This document shows positions 16,852-27,608 of a stretch of 44,199 nt of DNA, in pieces (position 1 is the stretch's first letter; every line of letters starts with the position of its first letter). Made by a program: the position numbers and the translations under genes. The notes beneath the pieces are model-generated. The model ran no database searches. It was not told the DNA's origin and was given only the letters and a program-made list of their open reading frames with translations. The stretch comes from Pseudomonadota bacterium. GTDB lineage: Bacteria > Pseudomonadota > Gammaproteobacteria > JAKAQQ01. The DNA lies in assembly GCA_027320085.1 (NCBI GenBank), contig DAHVLZ010000047.1:1-44199 (forward strand), written 5' to 3'.

Positions 16852-19146
16852 ATGACACTCAGGCGAACCACAACCACCCGTCCCCCCAAGCCCTCCCGCA
16901 TGGGGCCCAAGGAAACTCACGAATCGATTGACCTCGGCCATTTTGTGGAAAAGGCCTATCTGGACTATTCCATGACGGTGATTCTCGACCGGGCCCTGCC
17001 CCACCTGGCCGATGGGCTGAAACCGGTTCAGCGCCGGATCCTCTACGCCATGCACGAGCTCGGCCTCGGGAACAGTCCCAAGTTCAAGAAGTCGGCCCGC
17101 ACCGTGGGTGATGTCATCGGCAAATTCCACCCTCATGGCGACCAGGCGGCCTATGAAGCACTCGTGCTCATGGCGCAACCTTTTTCCTGTCGCTATCCCC
17201 TGGTGACCGGTCAGGGCAATTTCGGATCTTCGGATAATCCGAAATCTTTCGCCGCGATGCGCTATACCGAATGCCGGCTTTCTCCTTATGCCGAGCTTCT
17301 TCTTTCGGAGCTCGACCAGGGAACGGTCGACTGGGCTCCAAACTTCGACGGGACCCTCGAGGAGCCCGTTCTCCTGCCGGCCCGGATGCCCTGGGTCCTG
17401 CTCAATGGCTCAAGCGGCATTGCCGTAGGCATGGCGACCGATATCCCGCCGCACAACCTCGGCGAAATCGCCCGCGCCCTGATTCACCTCCTGGATCATC
17501 CGAAGGCGGAGCCGGCCAGTCTTTTGGCGCACATTCCGGGGCCGGATTTTCCCTCTGAAGCGGAGATCACGACGTCTCCGGAAGAACTGAGGACGCTCTA
17601 TGAAACGGGCTCCGGCATGATCCGTTGCCGGGCACGTTACCTCCGGGAAGGACACGATCTCGTGGTGGACGCCTTGCCCTACCAGGTTTCCGGCTCTGCG
17701 ATCTTGACCGAGTTGGCCCGTCTCGTCGAGGCGGGTGAGTTGCCGTGGGTGCGTGATCTGCGGGACGAGTCTGACCAGGAACACCCCACCCGTCTTGTCA
17801 TCACCCTCCGGGAGGGAGGACTTCCGGTGGAGCGGATCTTCGAGCACCTGTGCGCGGTCTGCGACCTGGAACGGGGTTACCGCGTCAACTTCAACGTCAT
17901 CACCCCGGCCGGCGCACCCCGTGTCCTGGCCATGGCCGACCTCCTCAAGCAGTGGCTGGAGTTCCGCCTCGCCACGCTGGAACGCCTGCTGCGCTGGCAG
18001 CTCGGCCGCGTGCAGGCCCGCCTCGAGGTGGTGACCGGGCTCCTCCGGGTCCATCACGACCTCGATGCGGTCATCCGGGTCATCCGTGAGTCTGATGAAC
18101 CCCGGGAGGAACTGATGCGGGTCTTCGAACTGAGCGAGCGGCAGGCGGAGGCCATCCTGGACATGCGACTCCGGCAGCTGGCACGCCTCGAATCCTTGGT
18201 TCTCGAAAAGGAGCAACAGACGCTCGCTGCCCGCGAGACCGAAATCGCGGCCACGCTGTCTTCTCCCGCACGCCTGCGGAAAATGGCACGGGCCCAACTG
18301 CTCGCGGACCAGGAGCGATTTGCCGATGCCCGCCGTTCCCCCCTGCATCCCCGATCCTCGGCCGAGCGGTTGTCGCGGGAGCGGGCAGTTCGGGGCGAGG
18401 CCGTGACGGTGGCCCTGACCCGGCGCGGCTGGATTCGGACGGCGCGAGGACACGACTGGGATCCCAGCCAGTCCACGTATCGCAGCGGAGACAGCTTCCT
18501 GGCGCTCACCCGGGGAGAGAGCCAGGGAACCCTCGTTTTGTTCGATTCCCAGGGCCGAGTCTACAACCTGGGCCCGGATGATCTCCCGGACGGGCGCAGT
18601 CCCGGCATCCCGCTGACCAGCCGGCTGGACCCGCCACCCGACGCCCGTTTTGTGGCCCTCACCTTCTGGGAACCCGAAGCCTCGGTTCTTTGGGTCGATG
18701 CTTGGGGCTATGGGTTCATCCTCCCGGCATCCGCCCTGCGGGTGCGTCTCCGCAAGGGCCGTCCCCTGTTTCGGTTGCCCGAGGGGGGGCGGGCCCTTGC
18801 AGCGAGCCTTCTGGGTTCGGCCGATCGGGTGGTATTGCTCGCCTCCTCTGGCCGGTTGCTCGTGATTGATCAGGCCAGGATCCCCCGTCTGGGTCGGGGT
18901 CGTGGGGTTCGGCTATTTGCGATTCCGGCGGAGCGGCGGGAGGAGGAACGTTTGCTGGTGGCGGTGCCGCTGGCGCCTGGGGAAGGGCTCCGCCTCGTGA
19001 GTGGTCGGAATCAATGCCCGCTGCCTGCTGCCGGGCTCGAATCCTACCGGGGTGACCGTGGCCGGCGGGGTCGGTTGCTGCCCGACCCCTGGTCCCGGCG
19101 CATGGAAGATCTTGTGGTGGAGACGATTCCGGCGAAGGGGGGATGA
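16852..19146 (+). CDS. parC: DNA topoisomerase IV subunit A
   Basis: [28 protein letters not shown] and catalytic AAMRYTE; ParC-type length and C-terminus. Confidence 0.95.
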   Translation: MTLRRTTTTRPPKPSRMGPKETHESIDLGHFVEKAYLDYSMTVILDRALPHLADGLKPVQRRILYAMHELGLGNSPKFKKSARTVGDVIGKFHPHGDQAAYEALVLMAQPFSCRYPLVTGQGNFGSSDNPKSFAAMRYTECRLSPYAELLLSELDQGTVDWAPNFDGTLEEPVLLPARMPWVLLNGSSGIAVGMATDIPPHNLGEIARALIHLLDHPKAEPASLLAHIPGPDFPSEAEITTSPEELRTLYETGSGMIRCRARYLREGHDLVVDALPYQVSGSAILTELARLVEAGELPWVRDLRDESDQEHPTRLVITLREGGLPVERIFEHLCAVCDLERGYRVNFNVITPAGAPRVLAMADLLKQWLEFRLATLERLLRWQLGRVQARLEVVTGLLRVHHDLDAVIRVIRESDEPREELMRVFELSERQAEAILDMRLRQLARLESLVLEKEQQTLAARETEIAATLSSPARLRKMARAQLLADQERFADARRSPLHPRSSAERLSRERAVRGEAVTVALTRRGWIRTARGHDWDPSQSTYRSGDSFLALTRGESQGTLVLFDSQGRVYNLGPDDLPDGRSPGIPLTSRLDPPPDARFVALTFWEPEASVLWVDAWGYGFILPASALRVRLRKGRPLFRLPEGGRALAASLLGSADRVVLLASSGRLLVIDQARIPRLGRGRGVRLFAIPAERREEERLLVAVPLAPGEGLRLVSGRNQCPLPAAGLESYRGDRGRRGRLLPDPWSRRMEDLVVETIPAKGG

Positions 19147-19163
19147 CCTGCCCGGTTCCGGTT

Positions 19164-21215
19164 CTACGGCTCGAAGGGCAAATCCTCTCCAAAAAACGAG
19201 CCCTGGGCGAGCAGGACGCCGTGGAGGAGCAGATCGTTCAGGAGTTGTGCACGATCGACGTCGGTGGCAAGGATCGGGATTTTCCTCTCGCGGAGCACGG
19301 ACAACCAGGGCGCAGTCGTTTCGGGGGGTGTTTCGCCAGGGGGTGTTTCGTCAGCTTCCGCCTCCGGCGGAGAGTCGGCCTCGAGTAGCCGGGATGCGGG
19401 CATGCGCACAAGATGCGGCTTGAAGTGATTGAGCATCAGTCCTGAATAACTGGACTGGCCGAACTCATCAAGCCCGATCAGAATGCCGGCTGCGCGGAGT
19501 GGACCGATCCACTCCCGGGCCGTTTTGATCTGGTTGGCGATGGATCGTTCGTGAAAGAGGAGGGCCAGCCGGCCGGGGGTTTTCTGTGGCCAGCGTTCGG
19601 CGATGGATCGGGCCAGTCCAGGATTTTTGAGGGTCTCCCCGGACAGTCTCAGGTAGAGCGTGAACGGTTCCGGTTGGGGAGGATGGAGGAGGTAGCCGAG
19701 GGCGGACTCGAGGAGATACTGGTCGAGGACCGAAAGTGCTCCCTGCGCGCTCACCTGTTGGAAGAAATCCGACCATGAGGTGCGGTGACACGTCTTGAGC
19801 AGGCTGGGGCCCAAGCGCAGTTCGAAGCGGGTCAGGGAGTCGCCGGTCGTGAAACTGCTGATTGTTCGTCTGACCAGTGGTAGCTTCTTGCGTTCGATCA
19901 TGTGGTCGATGACCGCTGCGAGGTCCTCTGGATCCGATGCGGTGGCGGTCGGTATGTAGCGATTGACGGGTTGGGGGCCTTGTGAGGCTTGGGTGGCCTC
20001 ATGGATCAGGCGTTCCAGGGTGGAGCTCCGGACCCGTGAACTGACGCCGATGACAATGCCGATCACGAGGGAGTGATTCAAGGCTTCGTAAAGTTGTCCG
20101 TCCACCGCACGGTGGAGATGCTCTGCCCACTGCTCCATGTTTTCCCCTGCGGGCCGTTCAAGCCAGTAGCACAGGGACCAGCCAAACCGGGTCACGAGAT
20201 CCCCGGGCCGGGAAAAGGCGCGGGAGTTACGCTCGATCTCGTCGAGCAGGCTCCCGATCATGGCGGGCCCGTGTTCATTGAGGAGGATGGACAGGTCCCT
20301 GAGCTGGATGATGCCGATCGCCTGTTCGCTGCGCTTGGGCAGGGCGGCCTCGAGGTGTTCCTGGATGCGGGCGGTGAAGTCTGCGTTGGTCACGAGGCCT
20401 TCCGTGCTCCCCGGCTCTCGCGGCTGGGGCGGGGGTGCCGGTTTCTGGTCCGGGGTGGCCGGGGGAGGCGGGGGTTGCGGTGGAAGCGACTCCGGACGGC
20501 GTCGCGCAAGAATGAGAATCGCCGGTTCGCCTGCCCAGCTGAGCGGTCGAACCACGAGCAGGAGAGGCGATCCCTGTTGCTGCACTTCTACTTCGACTGG
20601 ACGGGACTCGCTCGCCTGGGCGCATTTCTTGAGTGCCTGCTTGATGCGTGTGCGTTCCCCCGGTGGAAAGAGGTCAAGGAAGGGGCGGGATTCCGGGCTG
20701 TCCAGGCCGAAGAGCAGGAGATAGGCGGGATTCGCGTAGAGGTGGAGCCCTTCCTGAATGAAGGCCAGTGGTGTTTCCAAGGTCTCCGCTAGCAGACGAT
20801 GGGCACGTTCGCCTTCCTTGTTCGTATAGCGCAACTGCAGGCTATCCCGCTTTAAGCGTGAGAATTCAGCGGTTTGCAGGATGATCTGGCGGGTTTTGGG
20901 GGCATCGTCCAGGCTGATGAAATCCGCACCTGGCCAGGTGCTCGGGCTCTGTTCCATGAGGGACAGGTGGGGCAGTGCTTCCCACTTCTGCCTCAAGTCC
21001 TCCGGGAGAGAGGCCCAGTTCCAATCGAGTTCAGGATCCCAGATCAGGATCATCCAGTCTGAAGGTTCCTCCTCCGCCAACGCCTCGAAGCCATCGATGC
21101 TGCGGATCCGTGACCACACGCCCTGATTACGGAGCAGGGTATTGATGGCCTCGGCCCGTTCGGCATGACGGGTGAGGACAAGGAGGGGAATGGCGTCCTG
21201 TTCGGATGGGTTCAC
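19164..21215 (-). CDS. FimX-like REC-PAS-GGDEF-EAL protein with degenerate catalytic motifs
   Basis: N-terminal AEAINTLLRNQG; PAS region QEGLHLYANPAYLLLFG; GGDEF position reads RFGWS; EAL-like region contains GLDEFG and LAQG. Confidence 0.75.
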   Translation of the reverse strand: MNPSEQDAIPLLVLTRHAERAEAINTLLRNQGVWSRIRSIDGFEALAEEEPSDWMILIWDPELDWNWASLPEDLRQKWEALPHLSLMEQSPSTWPGADFISLDDAPKTRQIILQTAEFSRLKRDSLQLRYTNKEGERAHRLLAETLETPLAFIQEGLHLYANPAYLLLFGLDSPESRPFLDLFPPGERTRIKQALKKCAQASESRPVEVEVQQQGSPLLLVVRPLSWAGEPAILILARRRPESLPPQPPPPPATPDQKPAPPPQPREPGSTEGLVTNADFTARIQEHLEAALPKRSEQAIGIIQLRDLSILLNEHGPAMIGSLLDEIERNSRAFSRPGDLVTRFGWSLCYWLERPAGENMEQWAEHLHRAVDGQLYEALNHSLVIGIVIGVSSRVRSSTLERLIHEATQASQGPQPVNRYIPTATASDPEDLAAVIDHMIERKKLPLVRRTISSFTTGDSLTRFELRLGPSLLKTCHRTSWSDFFQQVSAQGALSVLDQYLLESALGYLLHPPQPEPFTLYLRLSGETLKNPGLARSIAERWPQKTPGRLALLFHERSIANQIKTAREWIGPLRAAGILIGLDEFGQSSYSGLMLNHFKPHLVRMPASRLLEADSPPEAEADETPPGETPPETTAPWLSVLRERKIPILATDVDRAQLLNDLLLHGVLLAQGSFFGEDLPFEP

Positions 21216-21217
21216 AT

Positions 21218-22207
21218 TCAGCCCTCAAGCAGGGTTTTGGCTGGTGCGCCGGGAATTTCGCGGACGAGCCGGGGTACCAGGTATCCGGGAAGGCGGGCAC
21301 GGAGTTCCCGGTGGATGCGACAGGCCTGTTCATCGCTCACGGCGAAGTGGATACCGCCCTGAATGGGATCCAGCTGGTGGAGATAGTAGGGCAAAACCCC
21401 GGCCGAAAAGAGAGTTTCCGACAGGTCGGCGAGTTTCTCCGGAGTGTCGTTTACGCCGGCCAGAAGCACCGACTGATTGAGCAAGTGGAAACCGCCGGTG
21501 CGGAACTCGTGGAGTGCTTGAATCACGGCGGGGGTGATCTCGCGGGCGTGGTTGGCATGGATCACGAGCACCCGGCGGCGGGAAAAGCGGTTGAGGGCAC
21601 CGAGGAGAGCCGGAACGATCCGACGTGGCCGGACGACCGGTTCCCGGCTGTGGATGCGGAGGGTGGCCAGATGCCTGATCGCATTGAGACGGCCGCACAG
21701 CGAAGCCAGACGGTTACGGCTCAAGGTGAGGGGATCACCGCCGCTCAGAATGATCTCGCGGATGCTTGGGTCCGAACTCAGCTGAGCCAGTGCCGCCTTC
21801 ATGTCTGGATCTTCCCGAGCCTGAGCGCGTACCGGGAAATGCCGCCGGAAGCAGTAACGGCAATGGATGCTGCATTCGGTTCCGGCCAAGAGGAGTGCCC
21901 GGCCGGCGTATTTACGGATGAGACGCGGACTGGCGAGGCGTGGCTGCTCTTCCAGCGGGTCAGCGAAGCCGGCAGGATCGGCCTCCTCGATCTGGGGCGC
22001 GAACTGGAGCCAGAGCGGATCGCCTGGGACCGAGCGGGAAAAAAACGAACGGGAAACCCGGAACGGAAAAGCCCGCAGGATCTCAGCCGGGGGGGCGGGC
22101 GGCATCCGGACCGTCCCGCTCCGGAGAACGGCCGGGTCGGTTACCAGCGCCAGGCTCGAGTCCTCGTCGGGGAGGGGTTTCAGTGGAGAGTCGAGTTTCG
22201 CTATCAT
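21218..22207 (-). CDS. epmB: EF-P beta-lysylation protein EpmB (lysine 2,3-aminomutase-like radical SAM)
   Basis: CSIHCRYCFRR, ILSGGDPL, LLNQSVLL and PYYLHQLD motifs; divergent from efp. Confidence 0.93.
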   Translation of the reverse strand: MIAKLDSPLKPLPDEDSSLALVTDPAVLRSGTVRMPPAPPAEILRAFPFRVSRSFFSRSVPGDPLWLQFAPQIEEADPAGFADPLEEQPRLASPRLIRKYAGRALLLAGTECSIHCRYCFRRHFPVRAQAREDPDMKAALAQLSSDPSIREIILSGGDPLTLSRNRLASLCGRLNAIRHLATLRIHSREPVVRPRRIVPALLGALNRFSRRRVLVIHANHAREITPAVIQALHEFRTGGFHLLNQSVLLAGVNDTPEKLADLSETLFSAGVLPYYLHQLDPIQGGIHFAVSDEQACRIHRELRARLPGYLVPRLVREIPGAPAKTLLEG

Positions 22208-22275
22208 AAAGGGTCAGACCGACTCGCCCCATTGCCTAGGCGGGCCTTCACTATTCTTGCACGGATTCACGAGAC

Positions 22276-22845
22276 ATGACGACCTATACTACCAATGAAT
22301 TCAAAAGTGGCCTTAAAATCATCCTGGACGGGGATCCGTACAACGTCATTGAAAACGAGTTCGTCAAACCCGGCAAGGGGCAGGCCTTCAACCGGGTCCG
22401 GATCCGAAACCTGAAGACCAACCGGGTCATCGAGAAGACCTTCAAGTCGGGGGATACGGTTGAGGGGGCCGATGTCGTCGACGTCGAGATGCAGTACCTC
22501 TACCAAGATGGGACCCACTGGCACTTCATGCACCCGGAGACTTTCGAGCAGTATCATGCAGAATCCGCCCCGATGGCGGATGCAGCGCGCTGGCTCAAGG
22601 GCGAGGAGGTTTGCATGGTGACACTGTGGAACAACCGGCCGCTCTTGGTGACGCCTCCCCATACCGTGGTTCTGCGTGTCACCCGGACCGATCCGGGCCT
22701 GCGGGGCGATACTTCAAGCGGGGGCAGCAAGCCGGCGGAACTGGAAACCGGGGCCAGCGTCCGGGTTCCGCTCTTTATCCAGGAAGGTGAACTCATCAAG
22801 GTCAACACGCGGACTGCGGAATACGTTGCGCGCGGCAAGGAGTGA
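22276..22845 (+). CDS. efp: Elongation factor P
   Basis: KPGKGQAF modification loop; KPAELETG...VPLFI. Confidence 0.98.
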   Translation: MTTYTTNEFKSGLKIILDGDPYNVIENEFVKPGKGQAFNRVRIRNLKTNRVIEKTFKSGDTVEGADVVDVEMQYLYQDGTHWHFMHPETFEQYHAESAPMADAARWLKGEEVCMVTLWNNRPLLVTPPHTVVLRVTRTDPGLRGDTSSGGSKPAELETGASVRVPLFIQEGELIKVNTRTAEYVARGKE

Positions 22846-23818
22846 GGAGAACTGCGACTGGCGGCCACGGGCCGGGCGCGAGACCCTCCGTCTCCGGGCT
22901 GCGCTCAAGGCCCAGGTCCGCGCGTTCATGGATGCGCGGGGGATTCTGGAGGTCGATACGCCGCACCTGGCCTTTCACGCGGTGCCTGACCCGGAATTGT
23001 CCTGCTTCTCGGTGACCGGCAGTCGCGCGCGCTACTGGTTGATTCCATCGCCCGAATACCATCTGAAGCGGCTTCTCGCCGCCGGCTACGGCGATGTCTA
23101 CAGCCTGAGCTCGGTCTTCCGGGACGACGAAGTGGGACTTCTTCACGAACCCGAGTTCACCCTCTTGGAATACTATCGGGTGGGTTGGGATGCGCGGGCG
23201 TTGGCCGAGGAGGCGGCGGGGCTTGTGGCCCGCCTCACCGGCCGGCCGGATGGGGTTCGCTTCATCCGGTACGTCGACTTGTTCGAGGAGGCACTTGGAC
23301 TGGACCCCCTCACGGTACCCGCCGAACAACTCTGGAAGGCGATCGAGCCCGAACGCCGTCCGGTCGGAATCGAGCCGGATGACCGGGCGGCGCTTTGCGA
23401 TTTCTGGCTGGGAACGGTGTTCTATCCCCGCCTGGGAGAACGGGAGACGGTTATTGTTCACGATTTTCCCGCGGAGGCTGCTGCACTCGCCCGACTGGAT
23501 CCGGCCGATGCCCGGTTCGCACAGCGTTTTGAGATGGTGGTCGGTGGGATTGAGGTCGCGAACGGCTACCACGAACTGGCCGACGCCACCGAACAGGCAC
23601 TCCGGTTCGAGCGGGACCGGGCGCACCGCCGGCGGACCGGTCGGCCGGACGTGACGGTTGACTCCGCGTTCATGGCCGCACTGAGATCCGGTCTGCCAGA
23701 CTGTTCCGGCATCGCGATCGGATTCGACCGGGTGGTGCTCCTGGCCGCAGGACAGGATGACTTGGCCTCGACGCTGGCCTTTCCCTTGGCTGGATGCGGC
23801 CTTGAGGCCTCTGCCTGA
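22826..23818 (+). CDS. epmA: EF-P lysine(34) ligase EpmA/PoxA/GenX
   Basis: [35 protein letters not shown] and GIAIGFDR motifs. The start is inferred at TTG 22826, which keeps the conserved WRP..LRLRA N-terminus. Confidence 0.92.
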   Translation: MRAARSEENCDWRPRAGRETLRLRAALKAQVRAFMDARGILEVDTPHLAFHAVPDPELSCFSVTGSRARYWLIPSPEYHLKRLLAAGYGDVYSLSSVFRDDEVGLLHEPEFTLLEYYRVGWDARALAEEAAGLVARLTGRPDGVRFIRYVDLFEEALGLDPLTVPAEQLWKAIEPERRPVGIEPDDRAALCDFWLGTVFYPRLGERETVIVHDFPAEAAALARLDPADARFAQRFEMVVGGIEVANGYHELADATEQALRFERDRAHRRRTGRPDVTVDSAFMAALRSGLPDCSGIAIGFDRVVLLAAGQDDLASTLAFPLAGCGLEASA

Positions 23819-24309
23819 TGCGCAAACCCGATATCCCGGATTATGAGGATCTGCTCCGCTCCCTGGGTGCACTGCTCTCGGGTGAACGCGATCTCGTGGC
23901 CAATACCGCCAACATGGCGGCTCTCCTCTTCCAGTCCCTTCCCCAGGTGAGCTGGGTTGGTTTTTATTTCCGGCGGGACCGTGACCTCGTGCTGGGTCCA
24001 TTCCAAGGTCCACCCGCCTGTATCCGCCTGCCTTGGGGGGAGGGGGTCTGTGGACGTGCCGCCCTCAGCGGATCCATTCTCAGGGTTGCCGATGTCCACG
24101 CGTTCCCAGGGCATATCGCCTGTGATCCAGAGGCACGGAGCGAGATCGTGGTGCCACTTTTCCACGACCGCCAGGTAGTCGGCGTACTGGATCTCGACAG
24201 TTACGTTCCCGACCGGTTTCAGCCCGGGGACGAGCGGGGTCTCGAAGCCATGGCGCGCCTTTTGGAATCGGCTGTCGACTGGAGCCCCCTGTCCCAAACT
24301 AATCGCTGA
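23818..24309 (+). CDS. msrC: GAF-domain free methionine-(R)-sulfoxide reductase (MsrC/YebR-like)
   Basis: WVGFY, LGPFQGPPAC, GVCG, HIACD, SEIVVP and VLDLDS motifs. Confidence 0.9.
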   Translation: MRKPDIPDYEDLLRSLGALLSGERDLVANTANMAALLFQSLPQVSWVGFYFRRDRDLVLGPFQGPPACIRLPWGEGVCGRAALSGSILRVADVHAFPGHIACDPEARSEIVVPLFHDRQVVGVLDLDSYVPDRFQPGDERGLEAMARLLESAVDWSPLSQTNR

Positions 24310-24318
24310 GGGGCTCAG

Positions 24319-24531
24319 ATATCCACAAAAGCTGTGGAAAACTCTGTGGATGAAATGACCTGGTAGCGTGGCCGGACCTTGAGATTCACGGGTCTGTCCA
24401 CTCCGGTATATTTTGTGACCAGATATAAAAATGTTATTTATCAAAATGATATGCGTATCAAAGACAATCTGATTTGAGATTGAGACGCATCTTTCGAATA
24501 TGTGTGAGCACGTTTCCCGAGGTGTGTATAA
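24319..24531. promoter_or_regulatory. DnaA-box cluster (DARS-like) in an AT-rich convergent intergenic region
   Basis: ATATCCACA (24319-27), TGTGGAAAA (24333-41), TGTGGATGA (24345-53) and TGTGTATAA (24523-31), compared with consensus TTWTNCACA. Confidence 0.7.
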
Positions 24532-24532
24532 A

Positions 24533-25441
24533 TCAACCGTCCCTGGTCGCAAAGTCGGGCGCACACGGCTGGGCTAAAGGATGGCCGTACTGGACGGGAT
24601 CCGGGCTGACGCAGGGATTCCAGCGGGATCCTGGAACGAGCAGGATGACCGTCGAACCATAGTTGAAGCGGGCAATTTCCTGGCCCCGATCCCAGGATCG
24701 GCCGATCCCCGATTGGAGCCGGATTCGGAAGGAAGGGTCATGATTCCGGCGGGATGTCCGGGCTGCGCACCAGACGGTTTCGATGCCACCGACCAGGCGC
24801 GCGGCCACGAGAACGAGGAGAAGGGGCCCCATGCGCGTGTCGAATCCCAAAACAACCCGTTCGTTTTCGACATAGCGGTCCGGATCGCTCCGGAGCCTCT
24901 CGGGTCTCACCGAAGCGAAGCGGCCCGGAATCCAATCCACATGACAAAGGGTTCCGGCTGCGGGCAGGTGCACCCGGTGATAGTTTCCAGGGGCAAGATA
25001 GAGATTGAAAAAGAGGGCTGTGGGGTTGAACAGGCCGGCAGGAATGCCGTTTGGGGGCTGGCCCAGGAGGCCGGCCCAGGTGAAGGGCTGGCCCTTCACG
25101 GCCACCAACCCCTCGAACCCCGCCTGTCCCATGGTCACGAGCCGTCCGTCCACGGGACAGAGCAGGGCGGGTGCCGCGGCCAGCGGGCGCGCTTCAGGCC
25201 GCAGCGCCCGCGTGAAGAAAGCGTTGAAGCTGGGGTATCTCCCGGCATCCGGTTCCACCGCCTCGTCAAGGCGGATGGAAAAGTGGCGGATGAAGGTGCC
25301 AATGAGCAGGCGTTTCCACCAACGAACGTGGCTTCGCGCAAGCGCCTGCACGAGGCGGGATCCGAGTTCGGTTGGAAAGCGCCCCCGGCGTCTGCCGGTG
25401 CGGATGGGGGGGGTGCCGGGATCCCGGACGTGTGGGTGCAC
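24533..25441 (-). CDS. psd: Phosphatidylserine decarboxylase proenzyme
   Basis: SFNAFFTRAL, PVDG, YLAPGNYHRVH, NER and the GST autocleavage motif; start (GTG 25441) is uncertain. Confidence 0.92.
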   Translation of the reverse strand: MHPHVRDPGTPPIRTGRRRGRFPTELGSRLVQALARSHVRWWKRLLIGTFIRHFSIRLDEAVEPDAGRYPSFNAFFTRALRPEARPLAAAPALLCPVDGRLVTMGQAGFEGLVAVKGQPFTWAGLLGQPPNGIPAGLFNPTALFFNLYLAPGNYHRVHLPAAGTLCHVDWIPGRFASVRPERLRSDPDRYVENERVVLGFDTRMGPLLLVLVAARLVGGIETVWCAARTSRRNHDPSFRIRLQSGIGRSWDRGQEIARFNYGSTVILLVPGSRWNPCVSPDPVQYGHPLAQPCAPDFATRDG

Positions 25442-25581
25442 CAGTTGGGGTTCCTTCACTGAAAGAGAATTGGTAGTATAAAGAGACCGGACCCGTTCCG
25501 GCCCGCCTGCGTCCAACGGATAAGCAGAATGTCCAAACGATGCTGCCGAAAAATCCCGGCGTGGGACGGGATGAGGTTTCG

Positions 25582-26496
25582 ATGAACGGTCGGGATGAGC
25601 CTCTTGAGTACTGCCAGAGCGGAATCGATTGGGTCCGTTATGCCGCAACCCGTTTCGCGCAGTCCGGCTTGGTCTTTGGCCAGGGGACCGAGGATGCCCT
25701 CGAGGAGGCACGATGGCTGGTCATGGCCGCTCTCGCGTGGGATCCTGAATGGCCGCCGGAAGCGCTCGCGGGCCGACTGCTGCCCAGCGAGAAGGCCCTG
25801 ATCCTCGAACTGATCGAGCGGCGGATCCGGGAACGACGGCCCTTGGCCTACCTCGTCGGGGAAGCCTATTTCTTCGGTTTGCGGCTCAAGGTTGATGAAC
25901 GGGTCCTGATTCCGCGCTCACCGATTGGAGAGTTGCTCGACCGGCATTTTGAACCCTGGATCGAGAGTGCCGCGGTGCGCCGGGTTCTGGATTACGGCAC
26001 CGGCTCGGGTGCACTCGCGATCGGCTGTGCGCTGGCTTTTCCGGATAGTCTGGTCGATGCAGTCGACTGCTCGGCCGAGGCCTTGGCCGTGGCCGCCGTC
26101 AATCGCGACCGTTACGGCCTGGCGCACCGGCTGAATCTTCGCGAGAGTTGCCGGCTGGAGGCCTCTGCCCAAGGACGTTATGATCTGATCGTCTCGAATC
26201 CGCCCTATGTCGATGACTGGACGATGGCCCACCTGCCGACCGAGTATGCGGTCGAGCCGCGTTTGGCCCTGAGCGGAGGGAAAGACGGTCTGGCTGTGAT
26301 CGCCGCCATCCTCGCGGCGGCTGGAGACTGTCTCTCGCCGCAAGGGATTCTGGTATTGGAAGTGGGTTCGTCGTCGGCCGCGGTCCGGGACCGCTGGCCC
26401 CGTGCCTCCTGGATCTGGCCGGAACTGACTTCCGGGCGACCGGATGTCCTTTTGGCCCATGCGGATGATCTCAAGGGATTTCCGGGTTCGCCATGA
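25582..26496 (+). CDS. prmB: 50S ribosomal protein L3 glutamine methyltransferase
   Basis: [27 protein letters not shown] and SNPPY motifs; upstream of aroC. Confidence 0.93.
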   Translation: MNGRDEPLEYCQSGIDWVRYAATRFAQSGLVFGQGTEDALEEARWLVMAALAWDPEWPPEALAGRLLPSEKALILELIERRIRERRPLAYLVGEAYFFGLRLKVDERVLIPRSPIGELLDRHFEPWIESAAVRRVLDYGTGSGALAIGCALAFPDSLVDAVDCSAEALAVAAVNRDRYGLAHRLNLRESCRLEASAQGRYDLIVSNPPYVDDWTMAHLPTEYAVEPRLALSGGKDGLAVIAAILAAAGDCLSPQGILVLEVGSSSAAVRDRWPRASWIWPELTSGRPDVLLAHADDLKGFPGSP

Positions 26497-27608
26497 GCGG
26501 AAGCCGCATAGGCAAGATGTTCAGTGTCACGACCTTCGGCGAAAGCCACGGTCCGGCCATCGGTGCCATCGTCGATGGCTGCCCGCCCGGACTGCCGCTG
26601 GCCGCCGCTGACCTTCAGGAAGACCTGGATCGGCGGCGGCCGGGCCGGAGTCGGCATACCTCGCAACGCCAGGAAGCCGACCGGGTCGAAATCCTGTCGG
26701 GTGTCTACGAGGGACGGACGACCGGTGCGAGCATTGGTCTGCTCATCGCCAATGCCGATGCACGACCTGGCGACTACCGGGAACTCGCCCATGTGTTCCG
26801 CCCCGGTCATGGGGACTACACCTACCTCATGAAGTACGGCCACCGCGACCCCCGGGGTGGCGGACGCGCCTCGGCCCGGGAAACGGCCTTGAGGGTGGCC
26901 GCCGGGGCCATTGCACGCAAGTATCTCCGGGAACGATTTGGCGTCCGGATCGTGGGTTGGCTGGACGGTATCGGAGAGTTGCACCACGTCGGCCCAGATC
27001 CCCTGGAACGTCCCGACAACGAGTTTTTTGCGCCGGATCCCGGCTGGATCGAACCGATCGCCGGATGGATCGAGGCGCTGAGGCGCGAGGGAGATTCCAT
27101 GGGTGCCCGAGTTGGCATCGCCGCATATGGCGTGCCCGTGGGATGGGGCGACCCGGTTTTCGACAAGCTCGACGCCTCGATTGCCCATGCGTTGATGAGC
27201 ATTGGTGCGGTCAAGGCGGTCGAAATCGGTGATGGCTGTTCAGTTGCTTTCCAGCGCGGTTCGGATGGCCGCGATGCGCTGACGCCGGAGGGTTTTGAAA
27301 GCAACCATGCCGGTGGAATTCTGGCCGGGATCTCGAGCGGACAGCCGATCCGGGTCTTTGTGTCGTTCAAGCCGACCTCGAGTATCCGGGTGCCCATCCC
27401 CACCATCGACCAGAGCGGGAAACCCCAGCGTCTCGAGGTCAAGGGACGGCACGATCCCTGCGTCGGCATCCGGGGGGTTCCCGTGGCGGAGGCCATGCTT
27501 GCCCTCGTGCTCATGGACCATGCCCTGCGTCATCGTGCCCAGAATGCGGACGTGACCGCTCCCTTGCCGCCGATCCCCGGAAACCCCCCTGGCGGATCCT
27601 TCCCGTGA
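26493..27608 (+). CDS. aroC: Chorismate synthase
   Basis: [27 protein letters not shown] and GRHDPCV motifs. Confidence 0.97.
   Translation: MSGSRIGKMFSVTTFGESHGPAIGAIVDGCPPGLPLAAADLQEDLDRRRPGRSRHTSQRQEADRVEILSGVYEGRTTGASIGLLIANADARPGDYRELAHVFRPGHGDYTYLMKYGHRDPRGGGRASARETALRVAAGAIARKYLRERFGVRIVGWLDGIGELHHVGPDPLERPDNEFFAPDPGWIEPIAGWIEALRREGDSMGARVGIAAYGVPVGWGDPVFDKLDASIAHALMSIGAVKAVEIGDGCSVAFQRGSDGRDALTPEGFESNHAGGILAGISSGQPIRVFVSFKPTSSIRVPIPTIDQSGKPQRLEVKGRHDPCVGIRGVPVAEAMLALVLMDHALRHRAQNADVTAPLPPIPGNPPGGSFP

Noticed and set aside
21206-22279. Long antisense ORFs (this one, and others such as 7415-8431, 17410-18453, 22802-24013, 26205-27188, 29584-30627)
   Set aside because: Each lies opposite a well-supported gene and has no recognisable motifs. 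Such shadows are expected in high-GC DNA.
24310-24532. oriC
   Set aside because: Not favoured: dnaA, gidA and parAB are not nearby, there are only four boxes, and no clear DUE repeats. It cannot be fully excluded without GC skew.
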